A stretch of 64,000 bases of DNA from an uncultured Acidimicrobiales bacterium. Its GTDB lineage: Bacteria > Actinomycetota > Acidimicrobiia > Acidimicrobiales > CAWCAL01. Position numbers and translations under genes: made by a program. The notes beneath the pieces are model-generated. The model was not told the origin of the DNA and did not search any database. It saw only the letters and a program-made list of their open reading frames with translations. Shown in pieces: positions 1-10,132 of this stretch (position 1 is its first letter; every line of letters begins with the position of its first letter). The DNA lies in contig CAVOFR010000007.1 of the NCBI GenBank assembly GCA_963695075.1, positions 1,312,925 through 1,376,924 of the forward strand. Direction: 5' to 3'.

Positions 1-52
1 TCATGGCGAAGGCCGAACCGACGCCCCCGGCTCCGACCACGAGGATGTCCAT
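1..52 (-). CDS. 5' end (17 codons) of a Rossmann-fold NAD(P)-dependent oxidoreductase, possibly saccharopine-dehydrogenase-like; runs off the left edge
   Basis: Reverse complement of 52..1 reads [17 protein letters not shown] (GxGxxG dinucleotide-binding motif). SD-like GGAGGGAG lies about 9 nt upstream. Absent from the ORF track. Confidence 0.75.
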   Translation of the reverse strand, partial: MDILVVGAGGVGSAFAM

Positions 53-183
53 CTGTGTCCGCTCCCTCCGGAGTTCGCACCATCCGGCGCCAACCGTGGT
101 ATAGCCGCGGCTCGACGACCCATTCCACTATCGTCTCGCTCCAAGACAGGCGATCGGATTGCGGCTGGGGGGAACGGCTGACC

Positions 184-1338
184 TTGACCGACCAGGCTGA
201 ATCACCGGAAGACGTCATCGTCATCGACGCCGTGACCAAACGGTTCGACCGCTTCGTCGCGGTCGAGCGGGCCGACTTCGCCATCGCCCGGGGTGAGTTC
301 TTCTCCATGCTCGGTCCGTCCGGATGCGGCAAGACGACCACCCTTCGCATGCTGGCCGGGTTCGAGTCGCCGACCGAAGGACGGATCCTGCTCGATGGAG
401 CCGACGTTTCGAAGACTCCGCCGTTCAAACGCAACGTGAACACGGTGTTCCAGCAGTATGCGCTGTTCCCTCACATGAACGTCTTCGACAACATCGCGTT
501 CGGTCTTCGCAGCCGCAAGGTACCCAAGGCGGAGATCGGTCCTGCGGTGGACGAAATTCTAGCCACCGTCCGCATGGAGAAGTTCGCCGACCGTCGGCCC
601 AACCAGCTCTCGGGGGGCCAGCAGCAGCGGGTGGCGTTGGCCCGGGCGCTGGTCAACCGTCCATCGGCGCTCCTTCTCGACGAACCCCTCGCCGCCCTGG
701 ACCTGAAGCTGCGCCAGGCCATGCAGCTCGAGTTGAAGCGGATCCAGCGCGAGACGAAGGTGACCTTCGTGTTCGTGACGCACGACCAGCAGGAAGCGTT
801 GACGATGTCCGATCGCATCTGCGTCATGAGCGACGGGCGCACCGAGCAGATCGGGACACCCGACGAGATCTACCACCGCCCGGCCTCCGCGTTCGTGGCG
901 GGCTTCATCGGCGAGGCGAATCTGCTCGCCGGGACCGTCGTCGATCATCAGGGCCGGACGGCGACGGTCCGGGTGGATGAACAGGACCTCTCGGTACCGG
1001 CACCGAGCTCCTCGTTCGGTACGGGTGACGAGGTGAGCGTCATGATCAGACCTGAGCGCATCCGGGTGCGCGTCGATGCCGGTGAACCCGGGACCTCGGT
1101 TCGGGTGACCGTGACTGAACTGATCTTCCGCGGGCCGAGCACCCGTGTGCATCTGGCCACTGCCGCCGGCAGCGGGATGGTGGCCCACCTCGTCGACGGC
1201 GACGACGGCCGCACCGAGCTCCGTCCCGGCGATTCCGCCTTCGCCTCCTGGGATCACGACGCCGCCTACGTCGTTCCCCGAGCCGACGCCACGATCGAAG
1301 ACGACGAGACTCTCGAAACCCAAGGAGCCGAACCATGA
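184..1338 (+). CDS. potA: Polyamine (spermidine/putrescine-type) ABC transporter ATP-binding subunit
   Basis: Walker A GPSGCGKT, signature LSGGQQQ, Walker B LLLDEP, C-terminal TOBE-like region. TTG at 184 preferred over GTG at 55, which would overlap the SD of the divergent gene. Confidence 0.85.
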   Translation: MTDQAESPEDVIVIDAVTKRFDRFVAVERADFAIARGEFFSMLGPSGCGKTTTLRMLAGFESPTEGRILLDGADVSKTPPFKRNVNTVFQQYALFPHMNVFDNIAFGLRSRKVPKAEIGPAVDEILATVRMEKFADRRPNQLSGGQQQRVALARALVNRPSALLLDEPLAALDLKLRQAMQLELKRIQRETKVTFVFVTHDQQEALTMSDRICVMSDGRTEQIGTPDEIYHRPASAFVAGFIGEANLLAGTVVDHQGRTATVRVDEQDLSVPAPSSSFGTGDEVSVMIRPERIRVRVDAGEPGTSVRVTVTELIFRGPSTRVHLATAAGSGMVAHLVDGDDGRTELRPGDSAFASWDHDAAYVVPRADATIEDDETLETQGAEP

Positions 1339-2522
1339 ACAAGAAGTCCATGCCACACACGCCGCGCCGGGCGATGGACCGGCGACAGTTCCTGATCCGG
1401 TCCGGCGCGCTGGGCGGCGCGGTGGTCCTCGGTCCGACCGTCCTCGCCGCCTGCGGCGATGACGACGATGACGGTGGCGGCAGCGGCAACGGCAGCGGTG
1501 GCGGTGGTGGTGGCGGCGCCAAGGCGCTCACCGTCGCCAACTGGCCGGCTTACATCGACGAGGAGACGGTCGACCTCTTCATCGCCGAGACCGGGATCGA
1601 CTTGACCTACACCGAGGACTTCAACGACAACAACGAGTACTTCGCCAAGATCCAACCCGACCTGTCAGCCGGGCGGAAGATCGACGCCGACATCATCGTG
1701 CCCACCAACTGGTTGGCTGTCCGTCTCATCGACCTCGGATGGGTCGACGAGCTCCCCCTGGACCAGATCCCCAACAAGGCGAACCTGGTCCCCGAACTGG
1801 CCAACCCGACCTGGGATCCCGAGGGCAGCTATTCGCTGCCGTGGCAGTCGGGCATGACCGGCATCGCCTACAACGCCTCGGCCGCCGGTCGTGACCTCTC
1901 CAGTATGGAAGACCTCTTCGACCCGGAGTTCAAGGGCAAGATCGGCATGCTCACCGAGATGCGGGATACCGTCGGCCTGGTGATGCTGTCCACCGGGGCT
2001 GACCCCGCCGAAGCCACCATGGACACCGCCAGTGCCGCCTTCGACCGGATCGAGCAGGCCAAGAACGACGGACAGATCCGACAGTTCACCGGTAACGACT
2101 ACATGGACGATCTGGCCGCCGGCAACTTCGTGGCCTGCATCGGTTGGTCGGGCGACATCGGTCAGTTGGCCCTGGACAACCCGGACCTGAAGTTCGCGAT
2201 CCCGGAGGAGGGCGGCATGCAGTGGTCCGACACCATGGTGATGCCGGCCGGCACCGAGAACGTGGACGCGGTGGCAGCGTGGATGAACTACGTGTACGAC
2301 CCGGTCAACGCGGCCCGGATCGCCGCATGGGTCGGGTACAACTCGCCAGTTGTCGGGGTCGCCGACGAACTGCGCAAGGACCCTGAGACCGCACCCCTGG
2401 CCGACAGCCCGCTGCTGTTCCCCGACGAGGAGACCCTCAGCGCGCTCAACGTCTTCGCCAAACTCGACGAGGAAGCCGAAGCCGAGTTCGACGAGCGGTT
2501 CTCGGAGATCATCGGGGCCTGA
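1335..2522 (+). CDS. potD: Polyamine ABC transporter substrate-binding lipoprotein (Tat-exported)
   Basis: Twin-Arg DRRQFL, lipobox LAAC, Asp/Gly linker, [32 protein letters not shown] overlap with potA. Confidence 0.85.
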   Translation: MNKKSMPHTPRRAMDRRQFLIRSGALGGAVVLGPTVLAACGDDDDDGGGSGNGSGGGGGGGAKALTVANWPAYIDEETVDLFIAETGIDLTYTEDFNDNNEYFAKIQPDLSAGRKIDADIIVPTNWLAVRLIDLGWVDELPLDQIPNKANLVPELANPTWDPEGSYSLPWQSGMTGIAYNASAAGRDLSSMEDLFDPEFKGKIGMLTEMRDTVGLVMLSTGADPAEATMDTASAAFDRIEQAKNDGQIRQFTGNDYMDDLAAGNFVACIGWSGDIGQLALDNPDLKFAIPEEGGMQWSDTMVMPAGTENVDAVAAWMNYVYDPVNAARIAAWVGYNSPVVGVADELRKDPETAPLADSPLLFPDEETLSALNVFAKLDEEAEAEFDERFSEIIGA

Positions 2523-2556
2523 CCCGACGGTCCGGACCAGGCAACGAGGGCGCCGT

Positions 2557-3459
2557 ATGGCCGGGGGAGACGACGGAGACCGCAGCAAGCGGAGGGCGCG
2601 CTTCGTGCCCTACGGGTTGCTGACCCCCGGCATGCTGTGGCTGATCCTGTTCTTCCTGGTCCCGTTGGCCACCTTGGCCCGCATGTCGCTGTCGACCAAG
2701 CAGAGCCGGTTCGACTTCGATCCCGCTTTCGACTGGAACTTCGCCAACTTCAGCGATTCGATCAGCCAGTATTCGGACCAGTTCGTGCGCAGCTTCGTGT
2801 ATGCCGGAGTGGCGACCGTGTTGTGCATCCTCATCGGGTACCCGGTGGCCTACGTCATAGCCTTCCGCGGCGGGAAGTACCGCAACGCTCTGCTCGGCTT
2901 GGTCGTCGTGCCGTTCTTCACATCGTTCCTGATCCGCACGCTGGCCTGGACGACGATCCTCTCCGATGGTGGGCCCGTGCTCTCGATCGCCGAGACGCTA
3001 CGGCTGACCGGACCGCTCGATGATCTCGGCATCCTGGAGAACGGCGGGCTGCTCTCCACGGCCGTCGCGGTGGTCGGCGGGCTCACCTACAACTTCCTCC
3101 CGTTCATGATCCTGCCGATCTACGTCAGTCTGGAGAAGATCGACCTCCGGCTCGCCGAGGCGGCCAAGGACCTCTACGCCAACGGGTTCCAGGCCTTCCG
3201 CCGAGTCATCCTCCCGCTGTCGCTCCCCGGCGTGTTCGCGGGAAGTCTCCTGACGTTCATCCCGGCCTCGGGCGATTTCATCAACGCCAAGTTCCTGGGT
3301 GGGCCGAACAACTCGATGATCGGGACCGTCGTGCAGGATCGCTTCCTGGTCCAACTCGACTATCCGACCGCCGCCGCCCTCAGCTTCGTGTTGATGGTGA
3401 TAATCACGATCGCGGTACTGGTCTACGCCCGGCTGCTCGGCACGGACGACCTGGTATGA
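2557..3459 (+). CDS. potB: Polyamine ABC permease (PotB-like)
   Basis: Multiple TM segments, PFFTSFLIRT, EAAKDLYA (EAA loop). ATG at 2557. Confidence 0.85.
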   Translation: MAGGDDGDRSKRRARFVPYGLLTPGMLWLILFFLVPLATLARMSLSTKQSRFDFDPAFDWNFANFSDSISQYSDQFVRSFVYAGVATVLCILIGYPVAYVIAFRGGKYRNALLGLVVVPFFTSFLIRTLAWTTILSDGGPVLSIAETLRLTGPLDDLGILENGGLLSTAVAVVGGLTYNFLPFMILPIYVSLEKIDLRLAEAAKDLYANGFQAFRRVILPLSLPGVFAGSLLTFIPASGDFINAKFLGGPNNSMIGTVVQDRFLVQLDYPTAAALSFVLMVIITIAVLVYARLLGTDDLV

Positions 3460-4262
3460 GCGATCGTCCCCCCGAGACCGGTCGGGGTCGCCTCGGCCGA
3501 TGGGCTTTGAGCGGCGTGGCCACCCTCGGGTTCATCTACCTGTTCGTGCCCATCGCCGTCATCGTGGCCTACAGCTTCAACAAACCCAAGGGCAAGTTCA
3601 ACATCATCTGGCAGGAGTTCACGTTCGACAACTGGGCCCACCCGCTGTCGAACGAGGCGCTCACCGACGCCATGGTGCTCAGCTTGAAGGTCGCCCTGGT
3701 CAGCGCCGGCGTTGCCACCGTCCTGGGTGGGCTCGTCGCCATCGCACTCGTGCGCTATCGCTTCAAGGGCGGGGCACTGGTCAACCTCTTCCTCGTGCTC
3801 CCCCTGACCACCCCGGAGATCGTGCTCGGAGCGTCCCTGGCGGCCCTCTTCATCGACCGTGGTGTCGAGCGAGGCTTCGTCACGATCCTCATCGCCCACA
3901 TCATGTTCTGCACCAGCTTCGTCGCCCTCACGGTGAAGGCCCGCATCCGCGGGTTCGACTGGACGCTCGAGGACGCAGCGATGGATCTGGGCGCCAACCC
4001 GCGTCGGGTGTTCACCAAGGTCACGTTGCCGCTCATCACGCCGGGACTGATCGCGGCAGCCCTGTTGTCGTTCGCTCTCTCGATCGATGATTTCATCATC
4101 ACCTTCTTCAATGCCGGTTCCGAGGAGACGTTCCCGTTGCGGATCTTCGGGGCGTCGCGAGTCGAGATCTCGCCGCAGATCAATGTCCTCGCCACCGCCG
4201 TCCTCCTCGTCAGCGTGATGATCATGGTGGCGGGAGTCACGGTGAGCAGACGCCGCGGTTGA
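3456..4262 (+). CDS. potC: Polyamine ABC permease (PotC-like)
   Basis: YSFN, AHIMF, LEDAAMDLGA EAA loop, FALSIDDF. ATGA overlap. Confidence 0.85.
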   Translation: MSDRPPETGRGRLGRWALSGVATLGFIYLFVPIAVIVAYSFNKPKGKFNIIWQEFTFDNWAHPLSNEALTDAMVLSLKVALVSAGVATVLGGLVAIALVRYRFKGGALVNLFLVLPLTTPEIVLGASLAALFIDRGVERGFVTILIAHIMFCTSFVALTVKARIRGFDWTLEDAAMDLGANPRRVFTKVTLPLITPGLIAAALLSFALSIDDFIITFFNAGSEETFPLRIFGASRVEISPQINVLATAVLLVSVMIMVAGVTVSRRRG

Positions 4263-4273
4263 CCTGCCCGGCC

Positions 4274-5461
4274 TCAGTCCCTCGGGTCGGGGTCGGGGTG
4301 GCGGAAAGACCCGCGCAGGATGTCGGCGATCTCGGGGTAGGTGATCCACTCCGGGATCTCGTCGCCCTCTCGCAGGCGCCGGCGCAGCTCGGTACCCGAG
4401 ATGCTCAGCGTGGTGGCACCCTCGGGGACCTCGTCGACCGGTTCGTAGCGGCCGTGCTCCTCGACGTAGACGATGACGCGTGAGGGCCAGATCTCGATGT
4501 CGAGCTCATCGGCGTAGCGGGCCACGAGCTCCTGGGCCTCGTAGGTGCCGTAGAACGGCTCGCCCGACAGGCTCTGGCCGGGGCCGGCGTGGTCGCGGCC
4601 GATGATGAAATGGGTGAGGCCGAAGTTACGCCTGATCAGCGCGTGCCACAACGCTTCGCGGGGTCCGCCCATGCGCATGGCGAGGGGCAGTATCGCCAGC
4701 ATGACCCGATCGGCCGGGTACCGCTGGAGCAGCGCCCGATAGCAGGCGATCCGGGTGTGGTAGTCGACATCGCCGGGTCGCGTGATACCGACGATGGGGT
4801 GGATGAGCAGGTGGGCGTCGAGCTCCTCGGTCGCCCGGAGCGTGAGCTCCTGGTGCGCCCGATGCATCGGATTGCGGGTGTTGAACGCCACCACCCGGTC
4901 CCAGCCGAGGCGTTCGAATTCGGCTCGGAGTGCGGCCGGCGTGTAGCGGAGCTCGCCGAACTCGGCATGGGGCGGCATCCGCACACCCCGTACCGCTCCG
5001 CCGATGTAGACCGGGTGTGACCGCTGGAGGTGGGCCACGCCGGCATGACCGTCCTCGTTGGTTCCGAAGACGGAATGGGCCTCGTGCTCCTGGTCGGGTT
5101 CGTGCAGTTCACCGACGGTGATCACGGCGAGCAGTTCGTCGGATCGGCCCCGGAGAGCGACCTCGTTGCCCACCTCGAGTCCGTCGGCGAAGGACGCGTC
5201 GACGTCGAGGGTGATCGGCATCGGCCAGAGGGTGCCGTCGGCCAGTCGACAATGATCCCGTACGCCCACGTAGTCGGCGTGGTCCAGAAAGCCCCGCAAG
5301 GGCGAGAAGCCGCCACACAGCAGCAGCTCGAGGTCGCATCGCTGCCGGCGGGTCAGCTGGAGCGACGGCCAGCCGGGCGCTGCCGCCTCGATCTCGGCCG
5401 TCGTGTCGGCGTCCGCCATGAGATCGACGAGAGGGCCGCCGTGCGCTTCGTTCGCGGTCAT
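4274..5461 (-). CDS. sat: Sulfate adenylyltransferase (Sat-type ATP sulfurylase), no fused APS-kinase domain
   Basis: GFSPLRGFL, WPMPITL, TRNPMHRAH (HxxH), GRDHAG, ISGTELR. ATG at 5461 overlaps the upstream stop (TGATG). Confidence 0.88.
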   Translation of the reverse strand: MTANEAHGGPLVDLMADADTTAEIEAAAPGWPSLQLTRRQRCDLELLLCGGFSPLRGFLDHADYVGVRDHCRLADGTLWPMPITLDVDASFADGLEVGNEVALRGRSDELLAVITVGELHEPDQEHEAHSVFGTNEDGHAGVAHLQRSHPVYIGGAVRGVRMPPHAEFGELRYTPAALRAEFERLGWDRVVAFNTRNPMHRAHQELTLRATEELDAHLLIHPIVGITRPGDVDYHTRIACYRALLQRYPADRVMLAILPLAMRMGGPREALWHALIRRNFGLTHFIIGRDHAGPGQSLSGEPFYGTYEAQELVARYADELDIEIWPSRVIVYVEEHGRYEPVDEVPEGATTLSISGTELRRRLREGDEIPEWITYPEIADILRGSFRHPDPDPRD

Positions 5462-6726
5462 CAGGAGACCTTCACGTCGAATCGTTCGATATAGGTGGCG
5501 AACCGCTCTCGAAGGGCGTCGGGATCGATCCCGAACCACTCGGGTTCGTAAGTGTGCCGCCGGCCCTTTCTCCCCGCCTCGACCCGTTGCCGCACGACTT
5601 CGGGGTCGGGACGGGTGGCGTCCGGTGCCACCTCGTCGAGGATCCGGTTGACCACGTCGTCCGGGCCGGCGATCAGATGCTCGTAGTTCACGTCGATGAT
5701 GGTCGCCGTCCCGGGCATGGAGTCACGTGCCGCCATCGCACGGTCGCATCCGTCGGCCCAGTGCTCGGACCACCGGGGCCCGATCTCGGTCGCGTCCACG
5801 TGGGTCGAGTTCCCACGCCGGACCGTCGCCGCCAGGCTGCAGAACGAAGAGATCGTCGCCACCGGATCCCGATGAACCTGGACGACGCAGACGTCGGGGA
5901 AGATCTCGAAGATGACATCCAGAGCGAACAGATGGGCCGGGGTGCGAAGGACCCAAGGCCGCGGAACCCGGTCACCCTGCATGAGCTGGATCTGGGCCTT
6001 GACGTCGCGGTACGCCGGTCGGAGGTCGCTCCGGACCCACCGGTCCACGTAGGACGGGATTCTGAAGATGGCGGCGGTGTCGAGCGCAGCGGACTGACGC
6101 GAGAGCAGCGAGTTGCATTCGTCGGGCTCCTCGGCCTCCATCGGATGGAGCTCCTTGTAGGCCGGCAGGAGCCGCTCGAGAAACCGATATCGGCGCTTGG
6201 CCTGGGCCCGCTGGGGTTCCTCCTCCCCGTTGGCGATGCGCTCGGCGCGCACCGGATCGAGGAGCTGATGCGGATAGAGCGAATTGAGCTCGGGTACGCG
6301 GGCCAGGAGGAATTGCAGCAGGGTGGCGCCCGACCGGGGAAGATTGATGACCATCAGGGGCCGGGCGAGGGGTCGCTCGAGAATCTCGGGACGAGACCGG
6401 TACTGCTCGACGAGCCGGAGCCGCAGCGCCATGTTCTGGACCACGTACTGGCGGGCGAACTGCCGGCCGATCGTGGTCAGCGCCGCCTCTTCCTCCAGAG
6501 CGGTCAACAGGCTCCGCGCCGCGTCGATGTCCCAGTCGCCACCCCAGTCGGAGAGCCCGGTGCGGGCCTCGGCCCGGTTCTTGAGGTGGCCCAGGTCGAG
6601 GCGGGGCAGGGGACCGACGACCCGACCGGCGAGGCCACCCACCGTGTTGGCGAGGCGGGCCGGCAACCACAGAGGGTCTTCGTCGAACGCGACGGATCCG
6701 CCCGACGGGCTGGCATTGTCTGTCAT
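5461..6726 (-). CDS. Sulfotransferase family protein (actinobacterial Stf/Sulfotransfer_3-like)
   Basis: LPRSGATLL 5'-PSB-like loop, PDEC, WVLRTPAHL, QVHRDP, SFCSL. -10-like TACCAT 7 nt before ATG 6726. Confidence 0.8.
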   Translation of the reverse strand: MTDNASPSGGSVAFDEDPLWLPARLANTVGGLAGRVVGPLPRLDLGHLKNRAEARTGLSDWGGDWDIDAARSLLTALEEEAALTTIGRQFARQYVVQNMALRLRLVEQYRSRPEILERPLARPLMVINLPRSGATLLQFLLARVPELNSLYPHQLLDPVRAERIANGEEEPQRAQAKRRYRFLERLLPAYKELHPMEAEEPDECNSLLSRQSAALDTAAIFRIPSYVDRWVRSDLRPAYRDVKAQIQLMQGDRVPRPWVLRTPAHLFALDVIFEIFPDVCVVQVHRDPVATISSFCSLAATVRRGNSTHVDATEIGPRWSEHWADGCDRAMAARDSMPGTATIIDVNYEHLIAGPDDVVNRILDEVAPDATRPDPEVVRQRVEAGRKGRRHTYEPEWFGIDPDALRERFATYIERFDVKVS

Positions 6727-6853
6727 GCAAGGGATGGTACGTGACGCCTCTGGCCGGGCCACCGTCGATCAGGAGGGTCGGTCGGCCGGAATCACGCGGG
6801 GGAGGTCGCATACCGCCGCCCAGGCTGGACTTCGGGCTCGGCTGGGGGTGACA

Positions 6854-6867
6854 ATGGAGATCTCCAT
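6854..6867. promoter_or_regulatory. Perfect 14-bp palindrome ATGGAGATCTCCAT in a divergent intergenic region
   Basis: Read directly. Overlaps -10-like GACAAT (6850-6855). Single copy, so the function is unproven. Confidence 0.4.
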
Positions 6868-6873
6868 AAACGT

Positions 6874-7560
6874 ATGGCGTCAGCGGGGGAAGTACACGTG
6901 ACTGCGGACAGCGGCCGGAAGGCCACCGGAAACGGTGAATCGAAGACGACGAACGCCGCCACGCGGCTGTACCTCGTGCGACACGGCACCACGATGCTGA
7001 ATCGCCAGAACCGTTATCGCGGCCGTCGCGACGTCCCCCTGGACGAGGGCGGTTGGAGCGACGCATGGAGTGCCGCCAACGAGCTCGAGGGCAAGGGGAT
7101 CTCGGCGGTCTACGCCAGTCCGTTGCGACGGGCCCGCGACACTGCTCGCGTCGTCGCCGACGGCGTCGGGGTCGATCACGTGCAGGACCATCCGGGCCTG
7201 GTCAACCTCGACTACGGCGAATGGGATGCGTTCACCGCCGATGAGGCGAAGGCGCACGATCCCGTCGCCTTCGAGGGCTACCAGAACTTCTCTCCGGGCG
7301 CGGCGTGCCCCGGCGCCGAGACGCTCGACGACGCGGCGCAGCGCATCCTGCTCACCCTCCGGGTCATGGCACTCATGCATCCGGGCGAGTCCATCGCCGC
7401 GGTGTCCCACGCCGCCATGGTGCGCCTCGTCATCACCGTCGGTGGCAACCGTCCCCGCAACGAGTGGCGCTACGCGCTGCCCAACGGCTCGGTGACGGTG
7501 CTCGATCTCATGCCGGACCGCCTCGAGATCCTGCGTATCCCGGTCGCCACCGCCGGCTGA
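6874..7560 (+). CDS. Histidine phosphatase (phosphoglycerate-mutase-like) family protein
   Basis: LYLVRHG, YASPLRRARDTA, DYGEWD, VSHAA. Alternative GTG start at 6898. Confidence 0.85.
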   Translation: MASAGEVHVTADSGRKATGNGESKTTNAATRLYLVRHGTTMLNRQNRYRGRRDVPLDEGGWSDAWSAANELEGKGISAVYASPLRRARDTARVVADGVGVDHVQDHPGLVNLDYGEWDAFTADEAKAHDPVAFEGYQNFSPGAACPGAETLDDAAQRILLTLRVMALMHPGESIAAVSHAAMVRLVITVGGNRPRNEWRYALPNGSVTVLDLMPDRLEILRIPVATAG

Positions 7561-7593
7561 TAGCAGCCGGTCTCGGGAGGACGACACGTACAC

Positions 7594-9510
7594 GTGCAGT
7601 CACTCGCAACCGACGACGTCACACTGCTCGCGGCCCAGGTCGCGCTGCTCCTGGCGGCAGCGATCGTGTTCGGCGCGATCGCCCGTCGGCTCGGGCAACC
7701 GTCCGTACTCGGCCACATCGCGGCCGGCGTGCTCATCGGGCCCTCGGGCCTGAGCCAGCTCGACTGGGTCGCCGAGAACATCTTCCCGCCGGAACGGTCG
7801 GCACCGCTCGCAGGGCTCGCCGCGATCGCGGCGCTGATGGTTCTGGCGGTCACCGGATTCCACACCGATCCGAAGTTGGTGCGTCGATGGAGCCGTCGCG
7901 TACCTGCGCTGTCGGTTGCGAGCCTTCTCATCCCGCTCGCGGCCGGGGCCGGGCTCGGCGTCGTTCTGCCGGCGGAATACCGCGGACCCGAGGCGACGGC
8001 GGGTGTGTTCGTTCTCTTCATGGCGATCGCCCTGGCGATCTCGTCGCCTCCGGTGATCTCGCGGGTCCTGGCCGATGCCGGACTGATCCGGCGCGACTTC
8101 GCCCAGATCGTCCTCGCGGTCGCCATGAGCAACGACGTGGCAGGCTGGGTCCTCCTCGGGGTGGTCATATCCCTGACCGGTACCGGTGCGTTCCCCGTCG
8201 GCGATCTCGTCCTGGCAGTCGCTTCGCTCGTAGCGCTCGGCGTGGTGGCGGTGAAATGGGGCCCGAGGGTCGTGAGCGCCATGCTCGAGCGATCCCGCCG
8301 AATCGGCATGACGCACGGGCCGGTCGCGGTTGCGCTCGTGATCATCTTCGCCGTGTCGGCGTTCACGAACCTGACCGGTATCGAGGCGGTGCTCGGGGCG
8401 TTCGTCGCGGCCCTCGTGATACGGAGCAGCAAGGGGGCGACCCGCGACGTCGAGCCGGCGGTGAGCGCCATGACCGAGAGCTTCTTCGCCCCGATCTTCT
8501 TCACGGTGGCCGGACTCCGGGTCGATCTCGGAGCGCTCTTCGAGCCCGACGTGGCCTTTTGGTGCCTGGTCGCCGTCGCGATCGCGAGCGTGACCAAGCT
8601 CATCGGGGCGGGCGGGGTGGCGCGGTTGACCGGGTCGAGCCGTCGGGAGGCCGCCGCGATCGGAGTCGGGCTCAACATCCGGGGGTCGCTCGAGGTCGTC
8701 CTCGCCAGCGTCGGTCTTGCCATCGGTGTGCTCAACTCCACCTCGTACACGATCGTCGTCGTCGTCGCCGTGGCCACCTCGGCGATCGCACCGCCGTTGC
8801 TCCGTCGCATCACCGACGGCTGGTATGGCGACGACAACGAGAAGCAGCGGCTCCTGCGTGAACGTCTCCAGGCCGCGACCGAGAGCCTGCCGGACGACGC
8901 ACCGTTCGTGCTGGGCTCGACCGGCGCGTCGGTCATCGCCGACGCGGTCTGGGTCGGGCTCGAGCCGGTCGCCCGCCATACCGACGGAGCGGCCGTGGTC
9001 ATCGAGGTCGAAACCGACCTGGAACCTGCTTCTGCATGGCTCGAGCCCGGTGATGGCCCGGTCCTGCTGGTCTCCGGGGTGCGTCGGCTCCCGCCGTCGG
9101 AGGGGTCCGTGCTGGTTCCGGTCGTCTCGTCGGAGACTTCGGCCACGGCCATCGAGGTGGCGGCGCGAATAGCCCTGGCGTCGCGGGCCGACCTCACGCT
9201 CGTCCATCTCCGCCGTCCGGGCGGATCGGTCGCTTCGGTCGAACGAGCGGCCGGGTGGGCGTCGACGATGGGGCTCACCGCCCAGATCGCGATCCACGAC
9301 GTGCCGTCGGTCAGCGACGATGCCCTGGCCGGCGTTCTCCAGGAGATGATCCGACCCGGCGATGTGGTCGTGGCCGGTACCACGGCGCACCTCGGCGACG
9401 GCGGTATCGAACTGGGCGGCTGCGCCGATCGGCTCTTTCGCGCTGCGGCGCCGCTGATCGCGGTCGTGCCGGCCGCGTCGGGACCGTTCTCCCCGCCGGA
9501 CTGGGCCTGA
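7594..9510 (+). CDS. Cation:proton antiporter (CPA2-like) with C-terminal soluble, USP-like region
   Basis: About 12 TM segments, LGQPSVLGHIAAGVLIGP, AMSNDVAGW, FAPIFF, GLNIRG. C-terminal SVLVPV...LTLVHL resembles USP folds. Confidence 0.8.
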   Translation: MQSLATDDVTLLAAQVALLLAAAIVFGAIARRLGQPSVLGHIAAGVLIGPSGLSQLDWVAENIFPPERSAPLAGLAAIAALMVLAVTGFHTDPKLVRRWSRRVPALSVASLLIPLAAGAGLGVVLPAEYRGPEATAGVFVLFMAIALAISSPPVISRVLADAGLIRRDFAQIVLAVAMSNDVAGWVLLGVVISLTGTGAFPVGDLVLAVASLVALGVVAVKWGPRVVSAMLERSRRIGMTHGPVAVALVIIFAVSAFTNLTGIEAVLGAFVAALVIRSSKGATRDVEPAVSAMTESFFAPIFFTVAGLRVDLGALFEPDVAFWCLVAVAIASVTKLIGAGGVARLTGSSRREAAAIGVGLNIRGSLEVVLASVGLAIGVLNSTSYTIVVVVAVATSAIAPPLLRRITDGWYGDDNEKQRLLRERLQAATESLPDDAPFVLGSTGASVIADAVWVGLEPVARHTDGAAVVIEVETDLEPASAWLEPGDGPVLLVSGVRRLPPSEGSVLVPVVSSETSATAIEVAARIALASRADLTLVHLRRPGGSVASVERAAGWASTMGLTAQIAIHDVPSVSDDALAGVLQEMIRPGDVVVAGTTAHLGDGGIELGGCADRLFRAAAPLIAVVPAASGPFSPPDWA

Positions 9511-9559
9511 CCGGACCACACGCCCTCGGGTCGGGAGGACGCCCGCTATCGTCGCCGGC

Positions 9560-10132
9560 ATGGATCATTTCGGACCCCTTGCACAGCTCGCCGGCGAATG
9601 GGAAGGCTCCAGAGGCCTCGACGTCTCCTATCACCATGCCGATGACCAGGTGGGCGACACGCCCTACCGGGAGGCCGTCAGCTTCAAGCCGTTCGGTCCC
9701 GTCGACAACGGCAGCCAGAAGCTCTACGGGCTCGACTACCGCATGGCTGCCTGGCGGGAGGGTGAAGAGGATCCGTTCCACACCGAGGTGGGGTACTGGA
9801 CCTGGTGCGCCGGCCTCGGCCATGTCATGCGGGGCTTCGTGATCCCGCGCGCGTCGGTCATCCTGGCCGGGGGAGAGGCGGCCCCCGACGCCACCGAGTT
9901 CACCCTCAGAGCCACCGCCGGCGACGAGGTCTACGGGATCTCCAGCAATCCCTATCTTGCTGATAAGGCCCGTTGCATCAGCTACGAGGTGACGATCACC
10001 GTCGAGGGTGACGAGTTCACCTACGAGGAGGACTCGGTCCTCGAGATGGCCGAACTGGACGAGGTGCTGCACCACACGGATCGCAACACGCTGAAGCGGG
10101 TCCAGACCTACGATCTCCCCCCGCCCGAATAG
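9560..10132 (+). CDS. Nitrobindin/FABP-like heme-binding beta-barrel protein
   Basis: GPLAQLAGEWEG, YGLDY, FHTEVGYW, C-terminal HHTDRNTL with the putative heme His. -10-like TATCGT 7 nt before ATG. Confidence 0.75.
   Translation: MDHFGPLAQLAGEWEGSRGLDVSYHHADDQVGDTPYREAVSFKPFGPVDNGSQKLYGLDYRMAAWREGEEDPFHTEVGYWTWCAGLGHVMRGFVIPRASVILAGGEAAPDATEFTLRATAGDEVYGISSNPYLADKARCISYEVTITVEGDEFTYEEDSVLEMAELDEVLHHTDRNTLKRVQTYDLPPPE

Noticed and set aside
55-183. potA start at GTG 55
   Set aside because: It overlaps the SD and promoter region of the divergent gene starting at 52, and the extension has no ABC features.
1456-1520. Asp/Gly low-complexity run in potD as a notable repeat
   Set aside because: Ordinary flexible linker following a lipoprotein Cys.
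2526-2536. GACGGTCCGGA as another operator copy
   Set aside because: Only a partial core match with no TGA/TCA arms, and it lies inside the pot operon.
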